32,000 bases of DNA from Mycobacterium tuberculosis H37Rv (GCF_000195955.2 NC_000962.3:630001-662000), one strand, 5' to 3'; counted from the first letter of the stretch, positions 1 through 9,011 are shown. Notes: generated by a model from the letters alone, not told the origin. A program made the numbers and translations.

Positions 1-39
1 ATTGCTGGTTGTGGGGTAGCCAGCCGAAGGAGAGCCGCG

Positions 40-1686
40 ATGGACGTCGCTTTGGGGGTTGCGGTCACGGATCGGGTCGCGCGTCTGGCGCTGGTCGACT
101 CGGCTGCGCCCGGCACCGTGATCGACCAGTTCGTGCTCGATGTGGCCGAGCACCCGGTCGAGGTGTTAACCGAGACCGTGGTGGGCACGGATCGGTCATT
201 GGCCGGCGAAAACCACCGGCTGGTCGCTACCCGGCTGTGTTGGCCGGATCAGGCCAAAGCTGACGAGCTGCAGCACGCACTGCAGGACTCCGGGGTCCAC
301 GACGTTGCCGTGATATCCGAGGCGCAGGCCGCCACGGCGCTGGTCGGGGCGGCACATGCCGGCTCTGCCGTGCTGTTGGTGGGTGATGAGACGGCAACCT
401 TATCGGTGGTTGGTGACCCGGACGCGCCGCCGACGATGGTGGCCGTCGCGCCGGTGGCGGGCGCCGACGCCACATCGACCGTCGATACCCTGATGGCCCG
501 GCTCGGCGACCAGGCCCTCGCCCCGGGGGATGTCTTCCTGGTGGGTAGGTCCGCCGAGCACACCACGGTTCTTGCCGACCAGCTGCGCGCGGCGTCGACG
601 ATGCGCGTGCAGACTCCCGACGACCCCACGTTCGCGCTGGCCCGTGGCGCGGCGATGGCGGCCGGCGCCGCTACGATGGCGCACCCGGCCCTGGTCGCGG
701 ATGCGACCACTTCGCTCCCCCGGGCCGAGGCGGGGCAATCGGGTTCTGAAGGCGAGCAGCTGGCGTACTCGCAGGCCAGCGATTACGAGCTGCTTCCGGT
801 CGACGAATATGAGGAACACGACGAATACGGGGCAGCCGCGGATCGCTCGGCGCCGTTGAGCCGACGGTCGCTGCTGATCGGCAACGCTGTCGTGGCCTTT
901 GCGGTGATCGGTTTCGCCTCGCTGGCGGTGGCGGTGGCGGTCACCATCCGACCGACCGCGGCCTCAAAACCGGTAGAGGGACACCAAAACGCCCAGCCAG
1001 GGAAGTTCATGCCGTTGTTGCCGACGCAACAGCAGGCGCCGGTCCCGCCGCCTCCGCCCGATGATCCCACCGCTGGATTCCAGGGCGGCACCATTCCGGC
1101 TGTACAGAACGTGGTGCCGCGGCCGGGTACCTCACCCGGGGTGGGTGGGACGCCGGCTTCGCCTGCGCCGGAAGCGCCGGCCGTGCCCGGTGTTGTGCCT
1201 GCCCCGGTGCCAATCCCGGTCCCGATCATCATTCCCCCGTTCCCGGGTTGGCAGCCTGGAATGCCGACCATCCCCACCGCACCGCCGACGACGCCGGTGA
1301 CCACGTCGGCGACGACGCCGCCGACCACGCCGCCGACCACGCCGGTGACCACGCCGCCAACGACGCCGCCGACCACGCCGGTGACCACGCCGCCAACGAC
1401 GCCGCCGACCACGCCGGTGACCACGCCACCAACGACCGTCGCCCCGACGACCGTCGCCCCGACGACGGTCGCTCCGACCACCGTCGCCCCGACCACGGTC
1501 GCTCCAGCCACCGCCACGCCGACGACCGTCGCTCCGCAGCCGACGCAGCAGCCCACGCAACAACCAACCCAACAGATGCCAACCCAGCAGCAGACCGTGG
1601 CCCCGCAGACGGTGGCGCCGGCTCCGCAGCCGCCGTCCGGTGGCCGCAACGGCAGCGGCGGGGGCGACTTATTCGGCGGGTTCTGA
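40..1686 (+). CDS. Proline/threonine-rich single-pass membrane protein with N-terminal actin/Hsp70-like ATPase-fold-like domain (Rv0538-like)
   Basis: 548 aa ORF from ATG with upstream aaggag; TM segment SLLIGNAVVAFAVIGFASLAVAVAVTI; C-terminal TTPPTTPVTTPP, TVAPT and QPTQ repeats; DDPTFALARGAAMAAG resembles the ASKHA-type motif seen in mycobacterial membrane proteins. Confidence 0.9.
   Translation: MDVALGVAVTDRVARLALVDSAAPGTVIDQFVLDVAEHPVEVLTETVVGTDRSLAGENHRLVATRLCWPDQAKADELQHALQDSGVHDVAVISEAQAATALVGAAHAGSAVLLVGDETATLSVVGDPDAPPTMVAVAPVAGADATSTVDTLMARLGDQALAPGDVFLVGRSAEHTTVLADQLRAASTMRVQTPDDPTFALARGAAMAAGAATMAHPALVADATTSLPRAEAGQSGSEGEQLAYSQASDYELLPVDEYEEHDEYGAAADRSAPLSRRSLLIGNAVVAFAVIGFASLAVAVAVTIRPTAASKPVEGHQNAQPGKFMPLLPTQQQAPVPPPPPDDPTAGFQGGTIPAVQNVVPRPGTSPGVGGTPASPAPEAPAVPGVVPAPVPIPVPIIIPPFPGWQPGMPTIPTAPPTTPVTTSATTPPTTPPTTPVTTPPTTPPTTPVTTPPTTPPTTPVTTPPTTVAPTTVAPTTVAPTTVAPTTVAPATATPTTVAPQPTQQPTQQPTQQMPTQQQTVAPQTVAPAPQPPSGGRNGSGGGDLFGGF
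1333..1506 (+). repeat. Coding tandem repeats: about three 36-bp units (1333, 1369, 1405) followed by five 15-bp units (1432-1506)
   Basis: Unit ccgaccacgccggtgaccacgccgccaacgacgccg recurs every 36 bp; then acgaccgtcgccccg-like units encode TTVAP. Confidence 0.9.
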
Positions 1687-1718
1687 TCACGGTCGCGGCT
1701 TCACTACGGTCGGAGGAC

Positions 1719-2375
1719 ATGGCCGGTGATGCGGTGACGGTGGTGCTGCCCTGTCTCAACGAGGAGGAGTCACTCCCGGCGGTGCTGGCCGCGATCCCGG
1801 CCGGCTATCGGGCGCTAGTGGTGGACAACAACAGCACCGATGACACCGCGACGGTGGCCGCCCGCCACGGTGCCCAGGTGGTTGTCGAGCCGCGGCCCGG
1901 ATACGGCTCGGCGGTGCATGCCGGTGTGCTCGCCGCGACCACCCCCATCGTAGCGGTCATCGACGCCGACGGCTCGATGGATGCCGGCGACTTGCCCAAG
2001 CTGGTCGCCGAACTCGACAAGGGCGCCGACCTGGTGACCGGTCGGCGGCGGCCGGTGGCGGGCCTGCACTGGCCATGGGTCGCCCGGGTGGGCACCGTGG
2101 TGATGAGCTGGCGGCTGCGCACCCGCCACCGCCTGCCGGTGCACGACATCGCGCCCATGCGGGTCGCCCGGCGAGAGGCCCTGCTGGATCTGGGCGTTGT
2201 CGATCGACGCTCGGGTTACCCGCTGGAGCTGCTGGTCCGGGCCGCTGCGGCGGGCTGGCGTGTCGTCGAACTCGACGTCAGTTACGGTCCCCGGACCGGC
2301 GGCAAATCCAAGGTCAGCGGTTCGCTGCGGGGCAGCATCATCGCGATCCTGGACTTCTGGAAGGTGATCTCGTGA
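1719..2375 (+). CDS. Family 2 glycosyltransferase, polyprenyl/dolichyl-phosphate sugar synthase-like (Rv0539-like)
   Basis: VLPCLNEEESLPAVLAAIP, VVDNNSTDDT, VIDADGSMD motifs typical of DPM1-like GT2. ATG at 1719; in-frame GTG at 1743 is the alternative, shorter start (210 aa). Confidence 0.88.
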   Translation: MAGDAVTVVLPCLNEEESLPAVLAAIPAGYRALVVDNNSTDDTATVAARHGAQVVVEPRPGYGSAVHAGVLAATTPIVAVIDADGSMDAGDLPKLVAELDKGADLVTGRRRPVAGLHWPWVARVGTVVMSWRLRTRHRLPVHDIAPMRVARREALLDLGVVDRRSGYPLELLVRAAAAGWRVVELDVSYGPRTGGKSKVSGSLRGSIIAILDFWKVIS

Positions 2376-3034
2376 GCTGCCTGCCGGTCAGCGTGCTGGT
2401 GGTCGCTAAAGCGCCGGAGCCGGGCCGGGTCAAGACCCGGCTGGCCGCGGCGATTGGCGATAAGGTCGCCGCCGACATCGCCGCGGCCGCACTGCTGGAC
2501 ACCCTGGATGCGGTGGCCGCTGCGCCGGTCACCGCCCGGGCGGTGGCGCTTACCGGCGACCTGGACTCCGCGGCCGATTCCGCGGAGATCCGCCGACGGC
2601 TTAAGTCCTTCACGGTATTTCGGCAGCGCGGTGACGCCTTCGCCGACCGGCTCGCCAACGCACACGTCGACGCGGCCGACGGCTATCCGGTGCTGCAGAT
2701 CGGGATGGACACGCCCCAGGTGACCGCCGAGCTGTTGGCCGATTGTGCACGCCTGCTGCTTCAAATCCCCGCGGTGCTCGGCCTGGCGTTCGACGGCGGT
2801 TGGTGGGTGCTGGGGATACGCACGCCTACTGCGGCCGAGTGCCTGCGCGCCGTCCCGATGTCACAGCCAGACACCGGCGAGCTCACCTTGAAGGCGTTGC
2901 GCGACAACGGCATTGATGTGACGCTAGTGCAGCGTCTGGGCGACTTCGACATCGTGGACGACATCGCGCTGGTACGCGATTGCTGCGCTCCGGGGAGTCG
3001 GTTCGCGCAGGCTACCCGCGCGGCTGGACTCTGA
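2372..3034 (+). CDS. DUF2064-like (glycosyltransferase A fold) protein (Rv0540-like)
   Basis: 220 aa from GTG at 2372 overlapping the stop of the preceding gene by 4 bp; VVAKAPEPGRVKTRLA and QIGMDTPQVT motifs typical of this family. Confidence 0.85.
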   Translation: MSCLPVSVLVVAKAPEPGRVKTRLAAAIGDKVAADIAAAALLDTLDAVAAAPVTARAVALTGDLDSAADSAEIRRRLKSFTVFRQRGDAFADRLANAHVDAADGYPVLQIGMDTPQVTAELLADCARLLLQIPAVLGLAFDGGWWVLGIRTPTAAECLRAVPMSQPDTGELTLKALRDNGIDVTLVQRLGDFDIVDDIALVRDCCAPGSRFAQATRAAGL

Positions 3035-3054
3035 GGCCGCGCCGGCGCATTTGC

Positions 3055-4404
3055 TTACCAGTTGGTGAAGATGATGCTGTTCAGCAGTAGGGCCCCGGCG
3101 GCGTTGACCGCCAGCCAGAGTCGGTGCGAGCGGGGCGGCAGCAGTGCGGGCGCCGCGGTCAGCCAAATGGTGAAGGGCAGCCAGATTCGTTCGGTCTCGG
3201 CTTTGCTCAGCATGCTCAGGTCGGCCAAGGCGATGGCGGCCAGCACCGCCAGCAGCAGCAGATGGCAGCCGGATCGACGACTGATCGCGGCCCGGTCGAA
3301 TACCCGGCTGAGACCTGCGACGCTGCCTAACCCGATAGCGCAGACCACGCACGCCAAGTTTGCCCAGGACCAATAGCCGAACGGCCGATCTTTGGCGATC
3401 CCCTGCCAATAGCGTTGCTGGACAAGGGTATAACCGTCGAACCAGGAGAATCCGGCAACCGCGAAGCTCACCGCGACCACCAGCGCCGCCAGCACGGCCG
3501 GCCCCAGTGCCCGCAGGACGGGCCGCCAATCTGCGGCGGCCAACACCGCCATCCCCGGCAGCACGATCAGCACGAGCCCGTAGTTGAGAAAGACACCCCA
3601 GCCGAGCAGTAGCCCCGCTCCGGCCGCCACCAGCGCCGGGAAGCGAGTGGCACCATGCACCGCCACCGCCAACAGGGCGATACCCCACGCCGCCACACCG
3701 GCGAAATACCCGTCGGCCGAAACCGCGATCCAGATCGCCGTCGGCGCCACCGCGACGAATGGTGCCGTCCGCCGCGCCATCTGCTCACTGGCCAGCACCC
3801 GCACGGCGATCAGCACCGCCGCCGCCGCGCTGGATCCCACCAGCAGGCACACCAGCCCCGCCCAACCGCCACCGCGCAGCCCGATCCGATCCAGCCAGAC
3901 AAACGTCAGCAGCGCACCCGGCGGGTGCCCGGAGACGTGAGTCACCCAGGAATTGGGCTGGAAGTCGAGAATCCGGCTGGTGAACGTCCGCAACGTCGCC
4001 GGGATGTCGGCAATGCCGGGCACCTGCCACAGGTACTCGTCACGGGTGGTCAATCGGCCGGCAAAGCCGCGCTGCCAGCCGTCGATCATCGCCAGTGAGA
4101 ACGCCCAGGCGGCGGCGGTGGCCCAGGTGCTCAGCGTCAGCACCCGCCAGGGGAGCCGGTGCGCCACTACCGGCCCCCACGCCACAACGGCCACTGCGGT
4201 AAGAACCGCCGGGGCCGTGCCCCAGCCAACATGGGCGTCCCAGTAGCCGAAGATCGGCGCGGCGCCGGCGCGCGTGGCAAACCGCTCCAAGCCGATATCG
4301 GATCGCGGTTTGATTCCCAGGTTCAACCGCGGCAGTACGAACGCGGCGCCGACCAGGACAAACCCGATCGCGACGGCCAATCCCTCGCGGCGACCGATCC
4401 TCAC
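3055..4404 (-). CDS. Polytopic integral membrane protein, possible GT-C-like enzyme (Rv0541c-like)
   Basis: 449 aa ORF with many hydrophobic segments; TTRDEYLW and GHPPGALLTFVWL motifs. Confidence 0.82.
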   Translation of the reverse strand: MRIGRREGLAVAIGFVLVGAAFVLPRLNLGIKPRSDIGLERFATRAGAAPIFGYWDAHVGWGTAPAVLTAVAVVAWGPVVAHRLPWRVLTLSTWATAAAWAFSLAMIDGWQRGFAGRLTTRDEYLWQVPGIADIPATLRTFTSRILDFQPNSWVTHVSGHPPGALLTFVWLDRIGLRGGGWAGLVCLLVGSSAAAAVLIAVRVLASEQMARRTAPFVAVAPTAIWIAVSADGYFAGVAAWGIALLAVAVHGATRFPALVAAGAGLLLGWGVFLNYGLVLIVLPGMAVLAAADWRPVLRALGPAVLAALVVAVSFAVAGFSWFDGYTLVQQRYWQGIAKDRPFGYWSWANLACVVCAIGLGSVAGLSRVFDRAAISRRSGCHLLLLAVLAAIALADLSMLSKAETERIWLPFTIWLTAAPALLPPRSHRLWLAVNAAGALLLNSIIFTNW

Positions 4405-4415
4405 GACCGATCAGC

Positions 4416-5504
4416 CTATTGATCGGCTTCACCGGCGAACCGGCGCACCAACGCTGCCCGGTCCACCTTGCCGATGCCGCGTCGCGGTAGCACGTTCACG
4501 ACATGTAGCTCTCGGGGCGCGGCGGTGACGTCCAGGGTGCGCGCGACATGCGCCCGCAGCGCTTCTAGCGTTGGTGGTGGGCATCCGTCGCCGACCACAA
4601 TCGCGGCGACCACTCGCTGACCGAGTCGGTCGTCGGCAAGTCCAAAAACCGCGCAGTCACGCACCGCAGGGTGGGTGCCCAGTGCGGCCTCCACTGGCTG
4701 CGGCAGCACGGTGAATCCGCCCGTGCTGATCGCTTCGTCGGCTCGGCCCAGCACGGTCAGCACACCCGAATCACCCGATTCAAGGGCGCCAAGGTCGTCG
4801 GTGTGAAACCAGCCTGGCTCGGCGAACGGATCGGGCGAGACCGGGTTGCGATAGCCCTTGGCCAGGGTCGCACCGCCGATAGCTATGCGGCCGCCGGCCA
4901 GCACCCTCAGCCGGACCCCGTCGAGCGGAACGCCGTCGTAGACACAGCCGCCCGAGGTCTCGCTCATGCCGTAGGTGCGCACCACCGTGATGCCGGCGGC
5001 GGCCGCGGCGTCCAGGATGGGCCGGGGGGCCGGCCCGCCGCCGATCAGCACCGCGTCCAATTCGGCCAGCGCGGCCGTGGCCGCCGGGTCGGTAAGTGCC
5101 TTGGCCAACTGTGCGGCGACCAGCGACGTGTATCGCCGGCCAGAACCCAATCTCTTTATCGCGTTGGGTAATTCGGTGACATCGAATCCCGCGGAGACGT
5201 TCAGTTCGACAGGAACTGATCCGGCGATCACGCTGCGCACCAGCACCGCCAGCCCGGCGATGTGATACGGCGGCACAGCCAACAGCCAGCTGCCCGGTCC
5301 GCCGAGCCGGTCGTGGGCGGCCGAGGCGCTGGCGGTCAAGGCCGCCGCGGTCAACATGGCGCCCTTGGGCGGTCCCGTGGTTCCTGACGTCGTCACTACC
5401 AGGGCGACGTCGTCGTCAATCTGCTCGCCCACTCGCAAAGCGCCCAGCAAGGACTCATGCTGGGTGGGCACCGCGACCAATGCCGGGTCGCTGCCACCCA
5501 GCAC
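4416..5504 (-). CDS. menE: O-succinylbenzoate-CoA ligase MenE
   Basis: 362 aa adenylate-forming enzyme; TSGTTGPPKGAMLT motif, FHTDDLG, PRRGIGKVDR C-terminus; menaquinone gene context. Confidence 0.92.
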   Translation of the reverse strand: MLGGSDPALVAVPTQHESLLGALRVGEQIDDDVALVVTTSGTTGPPKGAMLTAAALTASASAAHDRLGGPGSWLLAVPPYHIAGLAVLVRSVIAGSVPVELNVSAGFDVTELPNAIKRLGSGRRYTSLVAAQLAKALTDPAATAALAELDAVLIGGGPAPRPILDAAAAAGITVVRTYGMSETSGGCVYDGVPLDGVRLRVLAGGRIAIGGATLAKGYRNPVSPDPFAEPGWFHTDDLGALESGDSGVLTVLGRADEAISTGGFTVLPQPVEAALGTHPAVRDCAVFGLADDRLGQRVVAAIVVGDGCPPPTLEALRAHVARTLDVTAAPRELHVVNVLPRRGIGKVDRAALVRRFAGEADQ

Positions 5505-5572
5505 TCGTTGCAGGGCAGGCAGCAGCAGCGCGGTAGCAGAACCGGCCGGGACGTGCAGCGCACGCAGGATGG

Positions 5573-5875
5573 CTATGCGTGCTCCTCGCGGTCGCGGACG
5601 TCATCGAGTGGCCATCCCTGGGCGGCCAACCGCGCCCGGACGCGCTCAACATCCTCCGGTGACGGCAACTCGTCGGTGAAATGGGTGATCACCACGCCGA
5701 TGTCGATCTGGTCGAAGTCACCGAGTCGCATCAGTTCGTTAGCCACCGCCTTGACCTCATCGTGGCTCAGCCGGCGGCAAAGCAGGGCGAGCACCGCAAA
5801 GGAGTCGGTCGGCGGAATGCCCTCGGGATATCCCGCGCGCAACCACGCGACGATCGAGGTGAGAAACCGGTTCAC
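5573..5875 (-). CDS. Small conserved protein, DUF3349-like (Rv0543c-like)
   Basis: 100 aa from GTG (VNRFLTSIVAWLRAGYPEGIPPTDSFAVLALLCRRLS); the ORF track extends to an upstream ATG at 5908. Confidence 0.78.
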   Translation of the reverse strand: MNRFLTSIVAWLRAGYPEGIPPTDSFAVLALLCRRLSHDEVKAVANELMRLGDFDQIDIGVVITHFTDELPSPEDVERVRARLAAQGWPLDDVRDREEHA

Positions 5876-5934
5876 GCTGTTATATCTTCCCGTCGGGGCC
5901 GTCGCCAAACCCTATGTCGCGGCCATCTGCGACT

Positions 5935-6213
5935 CTACTTGGGTGTGGCGCCCAGGAAGGCCCAGCCGGTGTGATGCGCGATGAAGTCACGGGCGATATA
6001 CAGCACTCCAATGATGACTACCGCAAGCACCAGCGCGAAGATCGCCCAACTGACGGCAACCAGCAGCGGGCGCCGGCGCGCGGTGGCGTCGGCACCGTCG
6101 CCGGCGGCCTGCAGCCGCACGCCCACCGCGAACAGGCCCGGTAGCAGCGCGCCGGCTAGCAGACTGAAGATCAGGATCTTCAGGGTGGCCGTGTAGTTGA
6201 ACCAGGCACTCAC
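5935..6213 (-). CDS. Small membrane protein with two predicted TM segments (Rv0544c-like)
   Basis: 92 aa from GTG at 6213 overlapping the pitA stop by 4 bp; VSAWFNYTATLKILIFSLLAGALLPGLFAVGV...LLVAVSWAIFALVLAVVIIGVLYIA. Confidence 0.8.
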   Translation of the reverse strand: MSAWFNYTATLKILIFSLLAGALLPGLFAVGVRLQAAGDGADATARRRPLLVAVSWAIFALVLAVVIIGVLYIARDFIAHHTGWAFLGATPK

Positions 6214-7463
6214 GGGGCGTTCCTCGTGGTGACGCCGAACTGTGGTGCTCGGTGGTTCGGTGGGGGAGTCGGAGCCGGCGGTGCAGGCACCGGCGGCCTC
6301 TGATCCGCAAGCGGCTGCGCACCCGCTTCCAGGCCGGCCGTCAGGTTGCCTTCCCAGTCGGCGTTGACGTTGGTGTGGTCGATCGGCGCCCTGCGCGACC
6401 GCAGCCAGATGGCGGTGGCGGTCAGCCACAACAGTGCGAAACCGAGGATCGCACCGGGGTAGCCACCGATGAAATGCACCAGCCCGTAGGTGAAGGCCCC
6501 GACCAGCCCGGCCAACGGGAGCGTCACCAGCCACGCGACCACCATGCGGCCGGCTACCCCCCAGCGCACCTCGGCGCCGGGCTTGCCGACGCCGCTGCCC
6601 AGCACGGACCCGGTCGCGACCTGCGTTGTGGACAGCGCATAGCCGAAGTGCGCGGACAACAGAATGACGGCGGCCGATGACGACTCGGCGGCCATACCCT
6701 GCGGTGGTTTGATCTCGACCAGCCCTTTGCCTAGGGTGCGGATGATGCGCCAGCCACCCAGGTAGGTACCGGCGGCCATGGCCACGGCGCAACTCACGAT
6801 CACCCACAGCGGCGGCACCGATGCCGTCGTGCTGACCGCGCCGTAGGACATCAACGCCAGGAAGATCACGCCCATCGTCTTCTGCGCGTCGTTGGTGCCG
6901 TGCGCCAGCGAGACCAGCGACGCCGAGCCGATCTGGCCGCGCCGGAAACCGCGTTCCGTACGCTTTTCGGCAACCCCGCGCGTCGTCCGGTAGACCAGCC
7001 AGGTGCCGACTGCTCCGACCAGCGTGGCCAGCAGCGCGGCTACCACGGCCGGCACGATCACCTTGGACACCACTCCGCTCCAGATCACCCCACGCAGGCC
7101 GACGGCGGCAATTGTGGCGCCGACGATGCCGCCGATCAGCGCATGTGAGGAACTCGACGGAATGCCCAGCAACCAGGTCAACAGGTTCCAGACGATCCCG
7201 CCGACCAGGCCGGCGAACACCAACTCCAGCGTCACCAGATTCGCGTCGATCAGACCCTTGGCGATTGTGGCCGCCACGGCGGTGGACAAAAACGCACCGA
7301 TCAGGTTCAGCACGGCAGGAAGTGCTACCGCTACCCGCGGTGCCAGGGCGCCGCTGGCAATCGAGGTCGCCATGGCGTTTCCGGTGTCGTGGAACCCGTT
7401 GGTGAAGTCGAACGCCAATGCCGTCACGACGACAATGAGCAAAAGGAACAACTGAAGGTTCAC
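6210..7463 (-). CDS. pitA: Low-affinity inorganic phosphate transporter PitA
   Basis: DFTNGFHDTGNAMATSIASGAL and SLAHGTNDAQKTMGVI are Pit family signatures; 417 aa from GTG. Confidence 0.93.
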   Translation of the reverse strand: MNLQLFLLLIVVVTALAFDFTNGFHDTGNAMATSIASGALAPRVAVALPAVLNLIGAFLSTAVAATIAKGLIDANLVTLELVFAGLVGGIVWNLLTWLLGIPSSSSHALIGGIVGATIAAVGLRGVIWSGVVSKVIVPAVVAALLATLVGAVGTWLVYRTTRGVAEKRTERGFRRGQIGSASLVSLAHGTNDAQKTMGVIFLALMSYGAVSTTASVPPLWVIVSCAVAMAAGTYLGGWRIIRTLGKGLVEIKPPQGMAAESSSAAVILLSAHFGYALSTTQVATGSVLGSGVGKPGAEVRWGVAGRMVVAWLVTLPLAGLVGAFTYGLVHFIGGYPGAILGFALLWLTATAIWLRSRRAPIDHTNVNADWEGNLTAGLEAGAQPLADQRPPVPAPPAPTPPPNHRAPQFGVTTRNAP

Positions 7464-7582
7464 AGGGCCTGATTCTGCTGGTCGGGATATTGCGTTGTCG
7501 ATCAAACGAGTACGCGAAATGCGGGTGTATCTCGACTCGTCGTCAGATGTTACCAATCACGTAACCCAGCGTTTTGCGGAGT

Positions 7583-7969
7583 TCACGCCCGGGTGTCTGT
7601 ACGCAGCGGGTGACCCTCGGGAACCTCGACGAATATCAGTGTGATCCCGTCTGGGTCGGTCACATGCATCTCGTGCAGGCCCCACGGTTCGCGGCGGGGC
7701 TCGCGAGCGATCGACACGCCTCGGCTGACCAGCTCGGTCTGGGTAGCCTCGAGGTCGCGCACCTGCAGCCACAGCGCGCCGGGAAAAGGTCCCCGCGAAT
7801 GGTCCGGCTCGCCGTAACCGGCCAGTTCGAGCAGTGACTGACCGGCGAAAAACACTGTGCCGGCCCCGTATTCACGGGCAATCGCCAGCCCGATCTGGTC
7901 ACGGTAGAAGCTCAGCGACCGCTGATAGTCCGCCGGCCGAAGTAGCATCCGGCTGGCCAGGATTTCCAT
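7583..7969 (-). CDS. Glyoxalase/bleomycin-resistance (VOC) superfamily protein (Rv0546c-like)
   Basis: 128 aa; MLLRPADYQRSLSFYRDQIGL...HEMHVTDPDGITLIFVEVPEG typical of VOC fold. Confidence 0.88.
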   Translation of the reverse strand: MEILASRMLLRPADYQRSLSFYRDQIGLAIAREYGAGTVFFAGQSLLELAGYGEPDHSRGPFPGALWLQVRDLEATQTELVSRGVSIAREPRREPWGLHEMHVTDPDGITLIFVEVPEGHPLRTDTRA

Positions 7970-8031
7970 GGCCCTGTGTCTATCACGTAGCGGCACGCCG
8001 GCGGCCGAGGGTCGGCAGGCCGGGACCCGGT

Positions 8032-8916
8032 TCAAGGGTTGAGCTGTTCGTTGCGGCGCTGCATGAGTGCATTGACCCAGCGGGGACCGATGCTGTCCAG
8101 CGCGTTGACGGCGACGGCAACCCGAGGCGCGATCCGCACCGGTCGGGTGCGGGCGGCGGTGACCATCCACTCGGCGGCTTCCGCGGCGGTCAGCGCCGGC
8201 AGCCCGTCGTAGGCCTTCGTCGGCGCAATCATCGGAGTTGCCACCAGCGGGTAGTACAGCGTCGTCGAATGCACGCCCTGACTACCCCACTCGGTTTCGA
8301 TGATCCGGCTCACCGCCGACAGTGCGGCCTTCGATGCGTTGTACACCGAGAACAGCGGCGAAGCCTCCGACAACACGCCCCAGGTGGCGACATTGATGAT
8401 ATGGCCGTCGCCACGCTCGAGCATCCCGGGTGCAAGCCCGCGGATAAGCCGCAGCGGGGCATAGTAGTTGAGCACCATGGTGCGCTCGACGTCGTGCCAG
8501 CGTTCCAGCGACTCGGCCAGCGGCCGCCGGATCGACCGGCCGGCATTGTTGATCAGGATGTCGATCCCGCCGATGCGCTTTTCGACGTCTTCGACCAGCG
8601 CGTCGATCGCTTCCATGTCCGAGAGGTCGCAGGGGAGCGACATCGCCGTGCCGCCGTCGCCGGTGATCCGGTCCGCCACCGCATCCAGCAGATCCTTACG
8701 GCGCGCGACGGCAACCACGACGGCGCGGTGCAGTCCGAACTGTTTGGTCGCGGCCGCACCGATGCCTGACGACGCGCCGGTGAGCAGGATGCGCTTGCCG
8801 GTGAGGTCGACGGGTTGCATCGCGGGCCGGTTGATCAGCAGTTGCGGCGAAATTGGTGGCCGCATGCCGGCCAATGTGATTTGTTCAGTCAACCAGCGCA
8901 GCGGTCTTTTGCTCAC
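8032..8916 (-). CDS. Short-chain dehydrogenase/reductase (Rv0547c-like)
   Basis: 294 aa; [24 protein letters not shown] motifs. Confidence 0.9.
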   Translation of the reverse strand: MSKRPLRWLTEQITLAGMRPPISPQLLINRPAMQPVDLTGKRILLTGASSGIGAAATKQFGLHRAVVVAVARRKDLLDAVADRITGDGGTAMSLPCDLSDMEAIDALVEDVEKRIGGIDILINNAGRSIRRPLAESLERWHDVERTMVLNYYAPLRLIRGLAPGMLERGDGHIINVATWGVLSEASPLFSVYNASKAALSAVSRIIETEWGSQGVHSTTLYYPLVATPMIAPTKAYDGLPALTAAEAAEWMVTAARTRPVRIAPRVAVAVNALDSIGPRWVNALMQRRNEQLNP

Positions 8917-8932
8917 AGCTGGGGAGTCTAGT

Positions 8933-9003
8933 TTTGCCGAGCCTGTAGTTACTGTGGTGTCCCACTCGTCGGGCTTCTGCTCGGCAACTACAGCCTCGGC
9001 GAA
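8933..9003. promoter_or_regulatory. Long imperfect inverted repeat between menB stop and Rv0547c start
   Basis: GCCGAGCCTGTAGTT (8936-8950) pairs with AACTACAGCCTCGGC (8986-9000), 14/15, flanked by further TT/AA pairing; 35-nt loop. Confidence 0.7.
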
Positions 9004-9011
9004 CGGCCGCG

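Noticed and set aside
1333-1506. CRISPR-like regular spacing in the repeat region
   Set aside because: Units are directly adjacent with no spacers, are in frame and code for Thr/Pro repeats; no cas genes are present.
783-1649. Long antisense ORF (288 aa) over the Thr/Pro-repeat gene
   Set aside because: VVGATVVGATVVG/GCCVG composition is simply the complement of the repeat DNA; the plus-strand gene has RBS, TM segment and family features.
1248-1718. N-terminal extension of the GT2 ORF back to 1248
   Set aside because: The extra residues (DHAADHAGDHAAND) are an out-of-frame reading of the upstream gene's repeats; GT2 homology starts at about 1719-1743.
7549-7565. GTTAC-CAATCAC-GTAAC inverted repeat between pitA and the VOC gene
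   Set aside because: Only 5-bp arms, which is within chance expectation in 32 kb; not reported as a feature.
7834-8769. 311 aa plus-strand ORF opposite the SDR gene
   Set aside because: Arg/Gly/His-rich shadow frame of a well-supported SDR coding sequence.
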